From the NCBI GenBank assembly GCA_009602735.1, contig WELA01002734.1, forward strand, positions 1 to 64,000: a DNA stretch of 64,000 bases, given 5' to 3'. Shown piece after piece: positions 9,821 to 18,783 of this stretch; within the stretch, counting starts at the first letter, position 1; every line of letters begins with the position of its first letter. The notes beneath the pieces were generated by a model. It ran no database searches. It was not told the origin of the DNA and saw nothing but the letters and a program-made list of their open reading frames with translations. Source of the DNA: Mesotaenium endlicherianum. Taxonomy: Eukaryota. Position numbers and translations under genes: made by a program.

Positions 9821-9961
9821 ATGGCTAGTGTGAAACCGGAACAAGTAATTGAAATTTTAAGAAAGCATAATGTGCATATCTCGTTGGAGCAGGCTGCCTT
9901 GATACTGGACTTTATGTTTAAATTTGCTAAGTTAACATTAATGCAAAACAGGGGCCAATGA
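9821..9961 (+). CDS. 46-aa small protein translationally coupled to the recombinase (not in the ORF track)
   Basis: MASVKPEQVIEILRKHNVHISLEQAALILDFMFKFAKLTLMQNRGQ*; GGAGGTG upstream; its TGA overlaps the recombinase ATG (ATGA 9958-9961). Confidence 0.75.
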   Translation: MASVKPEQVIEILRKHNVHISLEQAALILDFMFKFAKLTLMQNRGQ

Positions 9962-11562
9962 CAGCAGATTTATACATCCGGGTGAGTACAGATGAGCAGG
10001 CTGATAAAGGTTACTCACAACGGGACCAGGAGGAACGTTTAAGGAAGTATTGCGAAAGCAATCAGATTAAAATTCGCCAGGTAATTTTTGAAGACCATTC
10101 TGCAAAGACGTTCAACCGTCCGAAGTGGAATGGTTTGCTGTTGGATTTAAAGAAGAAAAAAAATGTAGTTGATTTCGTTTTGTTTTCCAAATGGGATAGG
10201 TTTAGCCGTAATGCTGGGGATGCTTATCAGATGATAAATATTCTTCGCAAGTTGGGTGTAGAGCCACAGGCAATTGAACAACCTTTAGATTTATCAGTTC
10301 CTGAAAACAAACTGATGCTTGCATTTTATTTGGCGGCACCTGAAGTTGAAAATGACCGCAGGGCACTGAATGTTTTGCTTGGAATGAGAAAAGCAAAAAA
10401 AGAAGGCAGATGGATGGGAGTTGCCCCAGTGGGCTATGCGAATAAAATAACAGAAGATGGCAAGAAATATATTGCACCTGTAGAGCCGGAAGCAAGTATT
10501 ATGAAATGGGTGTTCGAGACTTTGGCAGAAGGTCAGTTAAATGTTGAGCAAATAATGAAACAAGCATTTGCAAGAGGTATCAAATGTTGCAAAGCTAATT
10601 TCTGGAACCTGTTGCGAAATCCAGTTTATTGTGGTCGAATTTATCTGTCCGGTTATAAGGAAGAAGAGTCAAGGCATGTACAAGGCTTACATCAGCCCAT
10701 CATTTCAGAAGCGCTTTTTTATGAGGTGCAGGATTATTTGAATGGTAAGAAAAGAGCCTATAGGGCAAAGGTTGGCAGCATGGACGAACTTCAGTTAAGA
10801 GGCTATCTGATTTGCCCGAAATGCGGCAAGTTACTTACCGGCAGTGCATCAAGGGGAAGGAACGGACGGTATTATTATTATCATTGTGTATCATCCTGTG
10901 GCGCCAGGTTTAAGGCAGAAAATGCAAACAAGTTATTTTCAGGCGAACTTAAAAAATTAGTTCCAAAGCCTGGCATGACCGAGGTTTATAAAGTGGTGTT
11001 GCAGGAAGAATTTAAAGCCCAAACAAAGGCTCAACGGGATGATTTGAAACAAGTAAAGGAGGCCTTGGAAAAAGCCAATACAGAGCTTGCTAATGCCCGC
11101 AAGCTGCTTTTGTCAAATGAAATAGAGCCTTCAGAATACCGCTCTATTAAGTCAGAATACGAAAAGAAAATAACCGGGCTTGAATCAAGGCTGATAGAAC
11201 TATCACAAGAAGGCAAAAGCATCGAACCATTACTGAATAAAGCTTTAACAAACCTCACTTGCTTGGATAAACTCTATGAAAAAGCTGATAACAAAGCCAA
11301 ACGAGAAATTATTGGTTCGATATTCCCCGAAAAACTCGTTTTTGATGGATTTCAATATCGAACCACCAGAATGAACGAAGCTGTTTCGCTAATATACAGT
11401 CTGGACAAGGGTTTCAGCCAAAATGAAAATGGACAAACCGAGTCAATTTTCGATTTGTCCACTTTAGTGCCCAGGACTGGATTCGAACCAGCACATCCTT
11501 GCGAACGCTGCGACCTGAACACAGTGCGTCTACCAATTTCGCCACCTGGGCTTCCGCTTTAA
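9958..11562 (+). CDS. Large serine recombinase (integrase)
   Basis: YIRVSTDEQ catalytic Ser motif, KWDRFSRN, NPVYCG recombinase domain, CPKCG...YYYHCVSSC zinc ribbon and a coiled coil. Confidence 0.95.
   Translation: MTADLYIRVSTDEQADKGYSQRDQEERLRKYCESNQIKIRQVIFEDHSAKTFNRPKWNGLLLDLKKKKNVVDFVLFSKWDRFSRNAGDAYQMINILRKLGVEPQAIEQPLDLSVPENKLMLAFYLAAPEVENDRRALNVLLGMRKAKKEGRWMGVAPVGYANKITEDGKKYIAPVEPEASIMKWVFETLAEGQLNVEQIMKQAFARGIKCCKANFWNLLRNPVYCGRIYLSGYKEEESRHVQGLHQPIISEALFYEVQDYLNGKKRAYRAKVGSMDELQLRGYLICPKCGKLLTGSASRGRNGRYYYYHCVSSCGARFKAENANKLFSGELKKLVPKPGMTEVYKVVLQEEFKAQTKAQRDDLKQVKEALEKANTELANARKLLLSNEIEPSEYRSIKSEYEKKITGLESRLIELSQEGKSIEPLLNKALTNLTCLDKLYEKADNKAKREIIGSIFPEKLVFDGFQYRTTRMNEAVSLIYSLDKGFSQNENGQTESIFDLSTLVPRTGFEPAHPCERCDLNTVRLPISPPGLPL
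11420..11461 (-). terminator. Intrinsic terminator for tRNA-Leu, located inside the recombinase coding sequence
   Basis: TGGACAAACCGA-N8-TCGATTTGTCCA hairpin (11430-11461) followed on the minus strand by TTTTCATTTT. Confidence 0.65.
11468..11551 (-). tRNA. tRNA-Leu (anticodon CAG)
   Basis: GCCCAGGTGGCGAAATTGGTAGACGCACTGTGTTCAGGTCGCAGCGTTCGCAAGGATGTGCTGGTTCGAATCCAGTCCTGGGCA; cloverleaf with long variable arm; CCA not encoded. Confidence 0.97.
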
Positions 11563-11569
11563 CGGGGTG

Positions 11570-11602
11570 CAAATATAAGGGCAAAAATCTGTATCATCCA
11601 AA
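11570..11602 (-). promoter_or_regulatory. Bacteroidota sigma-A promoter of tRNA-Leu
   Basis: TTTG (11599-11602)-N21-TATATTTG (11570-11577) on the minus strand. Confidence 0.75.
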
Positions 11603-11664
11603 GAAAACTACTGAATTTCCCCGCTGCCTGCCAGTCATATGTCAGGTCGATTCTTTCAGGCATT

Positions 11665-12699
11665 TTATTCAAATTGTTTTTCCTGATGCAATTTTTTTGC
11701 ATGCAGGTATACCTGGCGCATGCAGTAATATAAATTAGCCGGCTTTTCCATATCTACGATCAACTGCTTACGCGGCAATTGCTTCAGGTTGGGCAGTGCA
11801 TCCGCTTGTCTCTGTATTTTTTGTAATTGTTTAATGGCGATCAACCCAAAAGAACAAATACCCATCAGGGAAATGTTAAGATGCTGTTTGGTTTTATTTG
11901 GAAAGGGCAATGCTGCGATCTCTTTTTTTAGCTGTGTTATCTTACCGGTAAAATAGTCATGGAAAGCATACGCATCTTGCATCCTGTTAGGCAATGTAAC
12001 AATTCCTTCCTGGTAATCTTTATAAATATCATACAGATCGTTCGTCAGTTGTATGATGCCACCGATCAGGTACCAGCATTGTTGTTCCTCTTTCCCGGCA
12101 GGATCATCGAGATAAAAATGGCAAAGCAATACCGAATATCCACCCTTGTGTAAAGTGATCTGTTCTATTTCTTCATCGGTGATCGAGGGGTTGAATTGCT
12201 TCGCTGAATCTTCCTGGGCCTCATATAAACGATGGGTTACTGTTTCATACCATTGTTTATCCCGTACATAATTCTTCAGCAGCAGGTGGGCATGCAAAAA
12301 AAGTCTTTCATCAAAGGATTCAGCCTGGTAAACGGTGGGAGAAAAAGAGATTTTGTAAAGACTTTCCCGATCCAATTCCTTTCTGTCACAAAAGTTATCG
12401 AACAAAGAACTGCAGATAAAATAATGCAGCATACGGTCCCGCTCTGCACGGTTCGACACCCTACCCCTTAAGCGTGTAAAAGCATCACACATCATAGGAT
12501 TATAAATACCATAACTGGTAATCACTTTATGAAAAGTGACATCATCCAAACGTCCTCCCAGTTGCTGTTCTAATTCCCTCAAACGCACTCTGGCCCATTT
12601 GGTCTCTTTTCTCCGCACAGAAAGTATGTACCAGGTTTTACTGATGATATTCCACATAAAGTTGAACAGGTACATACGATGGTTTCTCATTTTAATCAT
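11665..12699 (-). CDS. Class I isoprenoid synthase (terpene synthase) fold protein
   Basis: FDNFCD Asp-rich motif, HKGGYS and QLTNDLYDIYKD second metal motif; start may be downstream of 12699. Confidence 0.6.
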   Translation of the reverse strand: MIKMRNHRMYLFNFMWNIISKTWYILSVRRKETKWARVRLRELEQQLGGRLDDVTFHKVITSYGIYNPMMCDAFTRLRGRVSNRAERDRMLHYFICSSLFDNFCDRKELDRESLYKISFSPTVYQAESFDERLFLHAHLLLKNYVRDKQWYETVTHRLYEAQEDSAKQFNPSITDEEIEQITLHKGGYSVLLCHFYLDDPAGKEEQQCWYLIGGIIQLTNDLYDIYKDYQEGIVTLPNRMQDAYAFHDYFTGKITQLKKEIAALPFPNKTKQHLNISLMGICSFGLIAIKQLQKIQRQADALPNLKQLPRKQLIVDMEKPANLYYCMRQVYLHAKKLHQEKQFE

Positions 12700-12727
12700 T
12701 CAATACGCAGCCGGTTACCTGGTTGTA

Positions 12728-13708
12728 TTACACTACCAGTAAGCTGCACCCCCTGATATCACTGTGGTCCAGCCGCCCCCATACTTCAAAGCTTCCGTCT
12801 TCATAAACAATACCCACATCTTCCGTTGCAATGAAAGACACACTATACAGGTTTGCCAGGTCTATGATTTGTAACAAGCCCCGTCCACTCGTTTGCACAT
12901 GCAGGGGGTCTTCTTCGTCGCGCACCAGCACTTTCATCCAGGGCGGGCAATAAAAGCGCCCCTCTCCTTTCGAATAAGCCTGGCTCAATAATTCGGTCAT
13001 GCCATATTCTGCATGTACCTGTTTTACACCAAAACCTGTGCAAAGCTGTTCATGCACTTCTGCCCTGGTCATTTCTCTCTTCCGGCCTTTCATGCCACCC
13101 GTTTCCATAACAATGGTATGTTCCAGTTGCTGCGGATGGGTTTCAGCAAAATCGAGCAGGGCAAAAGTAACACCGATGAGGAGTGTTTTTTGCCTGGCCG
13201 CTTCCAGTTGCCGGAGGGTGTTTGCCAGCTTTTCATGCTCGTATAAATAAAAGCCACTGGCGGTATGGCCGCTCATCTTCACCATTTCATCCACCATCAT
13301 CACCAGTGAAGAATGTTGCCGTTCCAGGTAGGCGGGTAACAATCCTATGATACACCATTCGGGTACCGGACCATAAAACTGTTCAAAAGCATGGGTGAAG
13401 CTGCGCCGGTATATGTCCGGGGCTTTTACCCAATGCCGGCTGTTAACGGTTTGTGTGGTGCCGCTGCTTTCAAAATACAGGGGCGGTTCAAAATCCGTAG
13501 TCACTACCCGGTGCGTTTTAAAGAAAGAGATGGGCAACGCCGGCACCTGCGCGGGTGTCATAACAGTAGCGATATCTTTGCACACCAGATCGCACCAGCT
13601 ACGGTAAACCTGGTTATGCCGGTATTGGAAATGAAAGGTATCCATGCAATACTTTTCAAAATCGGCAGGCCGGATAGAGAAAATATTGTTAACTTCAAAA
13701 GGAAGCAC
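12728..13708 (-). CDS. LuxE-like acyl-protein synthetase / acyl transferase
   Basis: FESSGTT, METGGMKG, EYGMTELLSQAY, GRLDHSDIRGCSLL. Confidence 0.88.
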   Translation of the reverse strand: MLPFEVNNIFSIRPADFEKYCMDTFHFQYRHNQVYRSWCDLVCKDIATVMTPAQVPALPISFFKTHRVVTTDFEPPLYFESSGTTQTVNSRHWVKAPDIYRRSFTHAFEQFYGPVPEWCIIGLLPAYLERQHSSLVMMVDEMVKMSGHTASGFYLYEHEKLANTLRQLEAARQKTLLIGVTFALLDFAETHPQQLEHTIVMETGGMKGRKREMTRAEVHEQLCTGFGVKQVHAEYGMTELLSQAYSKGEGRFYCPPWMKVLVRDEEDPLHVQTSGRGLLQIIDLANLYSVSFIATEDVGIVYEDGSFEVWGRLDHSDIRGCSLLVV

Positions 13709-13732
13709 TGTGTTCTATTGTAAGGTTTTGAC

Positions 13733-13740
13733 TAAATTTG
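13733..13740 (+). promoter_or_regulatory. -7 promoter element TAAATTTG
   Basis: Exact TAnnTTTG 17 nt upstream of the lipoprotein ATG. Confidence 0.6.
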
Positions 13741-13757
13741 AACGGAAAGTACAACGA

Positions 13758-14207
13758 ATGAAGAACCCATTATTGATATTAACTGCTATCACGCTCATTG
13801 CATTGTCTTGCAACAAAGATACCTATACTACGCGTCCGAAATTAACTTTCAAAAGTGTCAACGGCAGCAGCTTCAGCGTCAACCAGACCATCCTCTTCAA
13901 TATTGAATTCACCGATAAGGAAGGCGACCTGCAAGACAGTGTGTGGATACAAAAAATTACCCGTACCACTGGCTGCAATAATTTCGCCGACAGGCTTAAA
14001 ATACCCGAATTTGTGGCAACCTCCAACCTGAAAGGCACCCTGGAGATCGGTTATGCCGTTGGATTCAATTCTGCGGCGGGCTATCCGATCCTGCCCCAAT
14101 GTCCGATTGGAAAGAACGACACCTGCTATTTTAAATTCTGGGCGCGGGATAAGCAGAAAAATGTGAGTGACACCGTCGTTTCACCCACCATCGTGATACT
14201 GAAATAG
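13758..14207 (+). CDS. Hypothetical lipoprotein
   Basis: MKNPLLILTAITLIALS/C lipobox; FTDKEGDL motif. Confidence 0.75.
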   Translation: MKNPLLILTAITLIALSCNKDTYTTRPKLTFKSVNGSSFSVNQTILFNIEFTDKEGDLQDSVWIQKITRTTGCNNFADRLKIPEFVATSNLKGTLEIGYAVGFNSAAGYPILPQCPIGKNDTCYFKFWARDKQKNVSDTVVSPTIVILK

Positions 14208-14219
14208 ACAATTTTATAT

Positions 14220-15125
14220 CTGCAATCGAAAATAATACATACGCTTTTCTTTGGTAATTATTTTTACGGCGTCTGCACAGTGGCCCTATCGATCGAAGCC
14301 AGTCTGCAACAGGGATACGGATTGAACAATTTTACCTATTACCTGTTTGTTTTTGCCGCAACAGTACTGTATTACACCCATGCTTACATGGCCGAAAGCA
14401 TTACCAACAGCAGTAACCGCCGCTCCATCTGGTATGTCAGGAACCACCGGGCTATGCGGGTATCCCAGTTATCGCTCACTGCTGTCTCTTTCATCAGCGG
14501 CGGCATCCTCTTATACGAGTTCGGATCCAGGATGGTAGCGGCTTCTTTTCTGCAATGGGTAGCTATTGGTATTTTCCCGGTAGCTGCAGCACTCTATTAT
14601 GGCAGTGCAGCACCGCTCAATAGCTCGCACAGCCTGCGCAACAACGGGTGGCTGAAACCCTTCGTGATCGGTTTTGTATGGGCGGGCACTGTTACGGTGT
14701 ATCCGGTACTCTTCAAAAGTATTGAGGACGGCTTGCCTTATGCCCCTAAACTGTTCAACGTTTTGCTCTTCATCAAAAACCTGATGTTCATCACTGTCCT
14801 CTGTATCATGTTCGATTTCAAAGACTATGTGGCGGACCATAACAAACAGCTGAAAACTTTTGTGGTGCAGATCGGGCTCCGGAAGACCATTTTTTACATC
14901 ATTCTACCGTTGAGTGTGGTGGGATTGGGGACTTTTCTCAGCTATGCTTATTACATGCATTTCCCTTTCCTCCGCATTGTGCTGAATACGATCCCCTTCA
15001 TTTTATTGATCATGGTGGCGCTGTCCATGCAACGGCGTAAATCAATTCTCTATTATCTTGCAATCATAGACGGACTTATGCTGGTCAAAGCCCTGTGTGG
15101 TACCATCGGCGCGTTATATTTTTAA
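14220..15125 (+). CDS. UbiA prenyltransferase-family membrane protein (start uncertain: CTG 14220 or GTG 14280)
   Basis: Polytopic membrane protein; LKPFVIGFVW and FDFKDYVAD Asp-rich motifs. Confidence 0.7.
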   Translation: MQSKIIHTLFFGNYFYGVCTVALSIEASLQQGYGLNNFTYYLFVFAATVLYYTHAYMAESITNSSNRRSIWYVRNHRAMRVSQLSLTAVSFISGGILLYEFGSRMVAASFLQWVAIGIFPVAAALYYGSAAPLNSSHSLRNNGWLKPFVIGFVWAGTVTVYPVLFKSIEDGLPYAPKLFNVLLFIKNLMFITVLCIMFDFKDYVADHNKQLKTFVVQIGLRKTIFYIILPLSVVGLGTFLSYAYYMHFPFLRIVLNTIPFILLIMVALSMQRRKSILYYLAIIDGLMLVKALCGTIGALYF

Positions 15126-15135
15126 AACAAAGATT

Positions 15136-16245
15136 ATGGCAAAGACAAAAAAAACGAAAGCAACATCCATCCTGACAGACAAATCACTGACTTTTCTGAA
15201 GAATTATATCAATACCCCTTCCCCGGTTGGCTTTGAGAGTGGCGGGCAAAAACTCTGGCTCGATTACATCAAGCCTTATACCGATACTTTCTTTACCGAT
15301 CCTTATGGCACTGCTGTGGGCGTGATCAACCCTACCGCTCCTTTTAAAGTGGTCATTGAAGCGCATGCCGATGAGATCAGTTGGTTCGTGAACTACATCA
15401 ATGAACAAGGACTCATTTACCTGAAACGCAACGGTGGCGTAGATCACCAGGTGGCGCCTGCCAAGCGGGTATGGATTCATGGTAAAAAAGGACCTGTGAA
15501 AGCGGTATTCGGCTGGCCCGCGATCCATACCCGTTTGGGCAATGGCGATAAAGAGCAGCAACCCAAAGTGGAGAACCTTTGTCTCGATTGTGGCGCCCGC
15601 AGCAAGAAAGAAGTAGAAGAACTGGGCGTTCATATTGGCGCAGTGGTTACCTATGAAGAAGGGTTCGATGAGCTGGCCAATGACTTTTATATAGGCCGCG
15701 CATTCGATAACCGCGTAGGCGGCTTCATGATTGCCGAAGTAGCACGTCTGCTACACGAGCACAAAAAGAAATTACCCTTCGCCCTGTATATAGTGAATGC
15801 CGTACAGGAAGAGATTGGTTTGCGCGGCGCTGAAATGATCGCCCGCCGCATCAAGCCCGATATAGCGATCATTACCGATGTTACACATGATACCAGTACG
15901 CCCATGATCAACAAGATCATTGAAGGCGATATACAGTGCGGTAAAGGACCTTCACTCGCTTATGCGCCGGCTATCCACAATAAATTGCTGAAAGTGGTGG
16001 AAGACGTAGCAGAAAAAAACAAAATACCCGTTCAGTTTCGTACCCTCAGCAGGAGCACCGGTACCGATACCGATAGTTTCGCCTATGCCAATGATGGTTG
16101 CCCCTCTGTACTCATCTCCATACCCCTGCGCTACATGCACACGACCGTGGAAATGCTGCACAAGAGCGATATCGAGGGTACCATTCAATTAATGTATCAT
16201 ACTTTGCTGACCCTGACGCCCAAGACCAACCTTTCTTATTTATAA
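15136..16245 (+). CDS. M42 family metallo-aminopeptidase
   Basis: AHADEI, AFDNRVG, QEEIGLRGA, DVTHD, RYMHT. Confidence 0.92.
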   Translation: MAKTKKTKATSILTDKSLTFLKNYINTPSPVGFESGGQKLWLDYIKPYTDTFFTDPYGTAVGVINPTAPFKVVIEAHADEISWFVNYINEQGLIYLKRNGGVDHQVAPAKRVWIHGKKGPVKAVFGWPAIHTRLGNGDKEQQPKVENLCLDCGARSKKEVEELGVHIGAVVTYEEGFDELANDFYIGRAFDNRVGGFMIAEVARLLHEHKKKLPFALYIVNAVQEEIGLRGAEMIARRIKPDIAIITDVTHDTSTPMINKIIEGDIQCGKGPSLAYAPAIHNKLLKVVEDVAEKNKIPVQFRTLSRSTGTDTDSFAYANDGCPSVLISIPLRYMHTTVEMLHKSDIEGTIQLMYHTLLTLTPKTNLSYL

Positions 16246-16259
16246 TGAAGGTATCAATT

Positions 16260-16350
16260 ACTCAGCGGCTCAATGTAAAACCTCGTCATTATCAAATTGA
16301 CGAATTGACAAATTGTCAAATTACATTGAGCCATTGAGTATTGAGCCATT
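16260..16350. repeat. REP-like palindromic element built from 8-mer (CAAATTGA) and ATTGAG-type units
   Basis: ACTCAGCGGCTCAATGTAA...TTACATTGAGCCATTGAGT stem enclosing tandem CAAATTGA/CGAATTGA/CAAATTGT; related copy at 35178-35262. Confidence 0.7.
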
Positions 16351-16379
16351 TTCACATTAATCATTATTTTTGCGGCTCC

Positions 16380-17225
16380 ATGCAAAACAGGGAACATATA
16401 AGAATAGCCATCCTGGACCTTTATGCGGGCGAGCCCAACCAGGGAATGCGCTGTATCAGGGAGATCATTAACCAATGGGGCGATTTCAAACAACTCGACG
16501 TGGAATTCGATGAATTCGACGTGCGGCAACAGTTGGCTGTACCTGATACCTCCTATGATGTATATATTTCCAGTGGCGGTCCCGGCTCTCCTTTGGAAAG
16601 CGAAGGCACTGAATGGGAACGGCGTTATTTCGACTGGATAGCACGCATGGAGCAATGGAACCGGGAAGCGCTCCAAGTTCCCAAGAAAAAAATATTCTTC
16701 ATCTGCCATAGCTTCCAACTGGCCTGCCGGTATTTCCAGTTGGCTACTGTTTGCAAGCGTAAGTCCACCGCCTTCGGGGTTTTTCCTGTACACATGCTGC
16801 CGTATGGCAAAGAAGAACCGGTTTTTCAGGGTCTTACAGATCCGTTCTTTGCCGTAGACAGCCGCGATTACCAGGTGATCAAACCCAAACGCGAAAAACT
16901 AAAAGCAATGGGCGCTCATTTACTGGCGCTCGAAAAGATCAGGCCGCATGTACCTTTTGAAAGGGCCATTATGGGCATCCGTTTCAATGAGCATTTTATC
17001 GGCACCCAGTTCCATCCCGAGGCCGATGCAGAAGGTATGCACATGTATTTATTGAGGGAAGATAAAAAGCAGACCGTTATTCAAAACCATGGCAAAGCCA
17101 AATGGCAAAGCATGGTGGAACAATTACAGGACCCGGATAAGATACTGAGAACACATAACCATGTGCTCCCTAATTTTCTCGACCTGGTCCTTACAGCGCA
17201 GCAACAGGCTGTTGTTCCCGCTTAA
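16380..17225 (+). CDS. Type 1 glutamine amidotransferase-like protein
   Basis: SSGGPGSP, ICHSFQ (catalytic Cys), QFHPE; TATTTTTG -7 element at 16365-16372 supports ATG 16380. Confidence 0.88.
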   Translation: MQNREHIRIAILDLYAGEPNQGMRCIREIINQWGDFKQLDVEFDEFDVRQQLAVPDTSYDVYISSGGPGSPLESEGTEWERRYFDWIARMEQWNREALQVPKKKIFFICHSFQLACRYFQLATVCKRKSTAFGVFPVHMLPYGKEEPVFQGLTDPFFAVDSRDYQVIKPKREKLKAMGAHLLALEKIRPHVPFERAIMGIRFNEHFIGTQFHPEADAEGMHMYLLREDKKQTVIQNHGKAKWQSMVEQLQDPDKILRTHNHVLPNFLDLVLTAQQQAVVPA

Positions 17226-18783
17226 CGCCCCCTTTCCGTTTGTGTTGTAAATATTTGTCGTGGATGACCTTGCTCATCGGCTTCTCATACACTTTGCTTT
17301 CTACCCAGGATATCATATCGAGATAAGCAAAAGACCTTGTTTCAAAACGGCTTTTCTCCACCTGCCGGATGCTGTGCAGGAACTGCTTCAGTTCTGTTTT
17401 CACCTGGTGGGCAGGGCGATGGAAAGAGTGCCGCAAAAATTTGAACATCTCTTCTTCAATCACCGTGAGGTTTTTCATTTTGGCCATGTAACGGTATACC
17501 GAGCGGATCAGTGAGCCTTCGATCAATTCCAAATTACCCAACTCATAGTGCGCCATCATGTGCAGCAACCGTGCGTAACACTGCAAATCACTGCGCATGT
17601 CTACATGGTCGTCGATGATCCTGCGCAGGTAATCGATGGATGTTTCATAATCTCCGCTGCCAAAAAACAGCGTAGCCATCTTATAGTTGAATACCAGTAT
17701 GCGGTGTTTATCGAGATACAATGCTTCTTTCTCCAGCCAGGCTTCCAGCTCCGGTACCAGCAACAGTCCCTCTTTGAAAGTACCCGTCATCAGGTGCCAG
17801 TTCAGTTTGGCGCTGTAGATATAGATAAAAGAATGTACCCTGAAGATATCGTGCTGGTTGGCCAGTGGAGTAGCCGAGAACTCCTCGAATCGTTTCAATA
17901 CAACCTGGAACTTTTCAAAATTGCGCAGGTCGAAATGCGCATTCAGCAGGTTGTGCAGGGCTTTTACATAGTGACCTGTCTCTATCGGTATCATCAAAGG
18001 CTGTTCATCGAACAGGTCGAGCCATTTCTGGCTATACCGGTAATACATGATAAAGTCCTGCCGCACAAAAGCATACCAGCAATAACTCTGGAACAGGTAC
18101 AAACGCTCATAAAAACCCGTCAGGCTTTGTGCATTCGCCGGCAGGTGTTCCCTGAAATATTGTTTGATGCCCTTTTCATCTTCTTCATTCCGCGCATGGC
18201 CGTTCCTGATATACCAGGTGTACAATTGCAACGCCAGGTTCGACAATTGTGTAATCACCATCCTTTTCTCATTCACCTCATTGGCCTGTACAATCAGTTC
18301 CTCGGTTTTTTCTACCATGCTGCGCGTGATGTACAGCGTTTCGATCTTTTTCTCCAGGGAAATCACCTGTATCAAAAAGCTTTCCTGGTTATAGGTATGG
18401 GCCATCCCTTTCACCTTATCGAGTATTTTCAGGCTCTGGTGATACAATCCTTTGTTATAAAGAATGCGGGCATGATCCAACTGCTCATGCAACTGCATAT
18501 CGATGCTCTCACTGCTCTTGAGCAGGCGCAGGCTGGCCAGTAATTGCTTATAGAGGTGGGTTTTGAGGTTGGCCAACTGTGGTTTTCCCACGTTGGTGAG
18601 CTTTTTGAGCAATATTTTATCGTCGTATTCAGCCAGTTTATCCATCGCATCGAATAACTGGATGATTTTCAGGTCTTCTTTGGCTGAACTTCGCTTGATA
18701 TAGAGCTTAAAATTGCGCTTTTCCGACTTCTGGAGGGACTTTATCAACTGGAACAATGGGTCGGAAATACGGTTGGGCATCAT
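17191..18783 (-). CDS. Conserved all-helical (TPR-like) hypothetical protein
   Basis: Long ORF; N-terminal LFQLIKSLQKSEKRNFK; helical-repeat-like composition. Confidence 0.75.
   Translation of the reverse strand: MMPNRISDPLFQLIKSLQKSEKRNFKLYIKRSSAKEDLKIIQLFDAMDKLAEYDDKILLKKLTNVGKPQLANLKTHLYKQLLASLRLLKSSESIDMQLHEQLDHARILYNKGLYHQSLKILDKVKGMAHTYNQESFLIQVISLEKKIETLYITRSMVEKTEELIVQANEVNEKRMVITQLSNLALQLYTWYIRNGHARNEEDEKGIKQYFREHLPANAQSLTGFYERLYLFQSYCWYAFVRQDFIMYYRYSQKWLDLFDEQPLMIPIETGHYVKALHNLLNAHFDLRNFEKFQVVLKRFEEFSATPLANQHDIFRVHSFIYIYSAKLNWHLMTGTFKEGLLLVPELEAWLEKEALYLDKHRILVFNYKMATLFFGSGDYETSIDYLRRIIDDHVDMRSDLQCYARLLHMMAHYELGNLELIEGSLIRSVYRYMAKMKNLTVIEEEMFKFLRHSFHRPAHQVKTELKQFLHSIRQVEKSRFETRSFAYLDMISWVESKVYEKPMSKVIHDKYLQHKRKGGVKREQQPVAAL

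Larger units (their letters stand above)
1..11467. mobile_element. Right end of a Bacteroidota integrative conjugative element (CTn/ICE) integrated at the 3' end of tRNA-Leu(CAG); left end outside the window
   Basis: Co-oriented tra cluster (TraJ/K/M/N-like) and a terminal large serine recombinase abutting the tRNA 3' end; visibly more AT-rich than the DNA after 11,600. Confidence 0.88.

Noticed and set aside
11499..11738. 79-aa ORF over the tRNA and its promoter
   Set aside because: Overlaps the tRNA, its promoter and the end of the next gene; no coding features
12728..13708. Bioluminescence (lux) operon
   Set aside because: Only a LuxE-like gene is present, with no luxA/B/C/D; stand-alone homologs are common in Bacteroidota
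17548..18543. 331-aa + strand ORF
   Set aside because: Antisense shadow of the 17191-18783 gene, with no recognisable motifs
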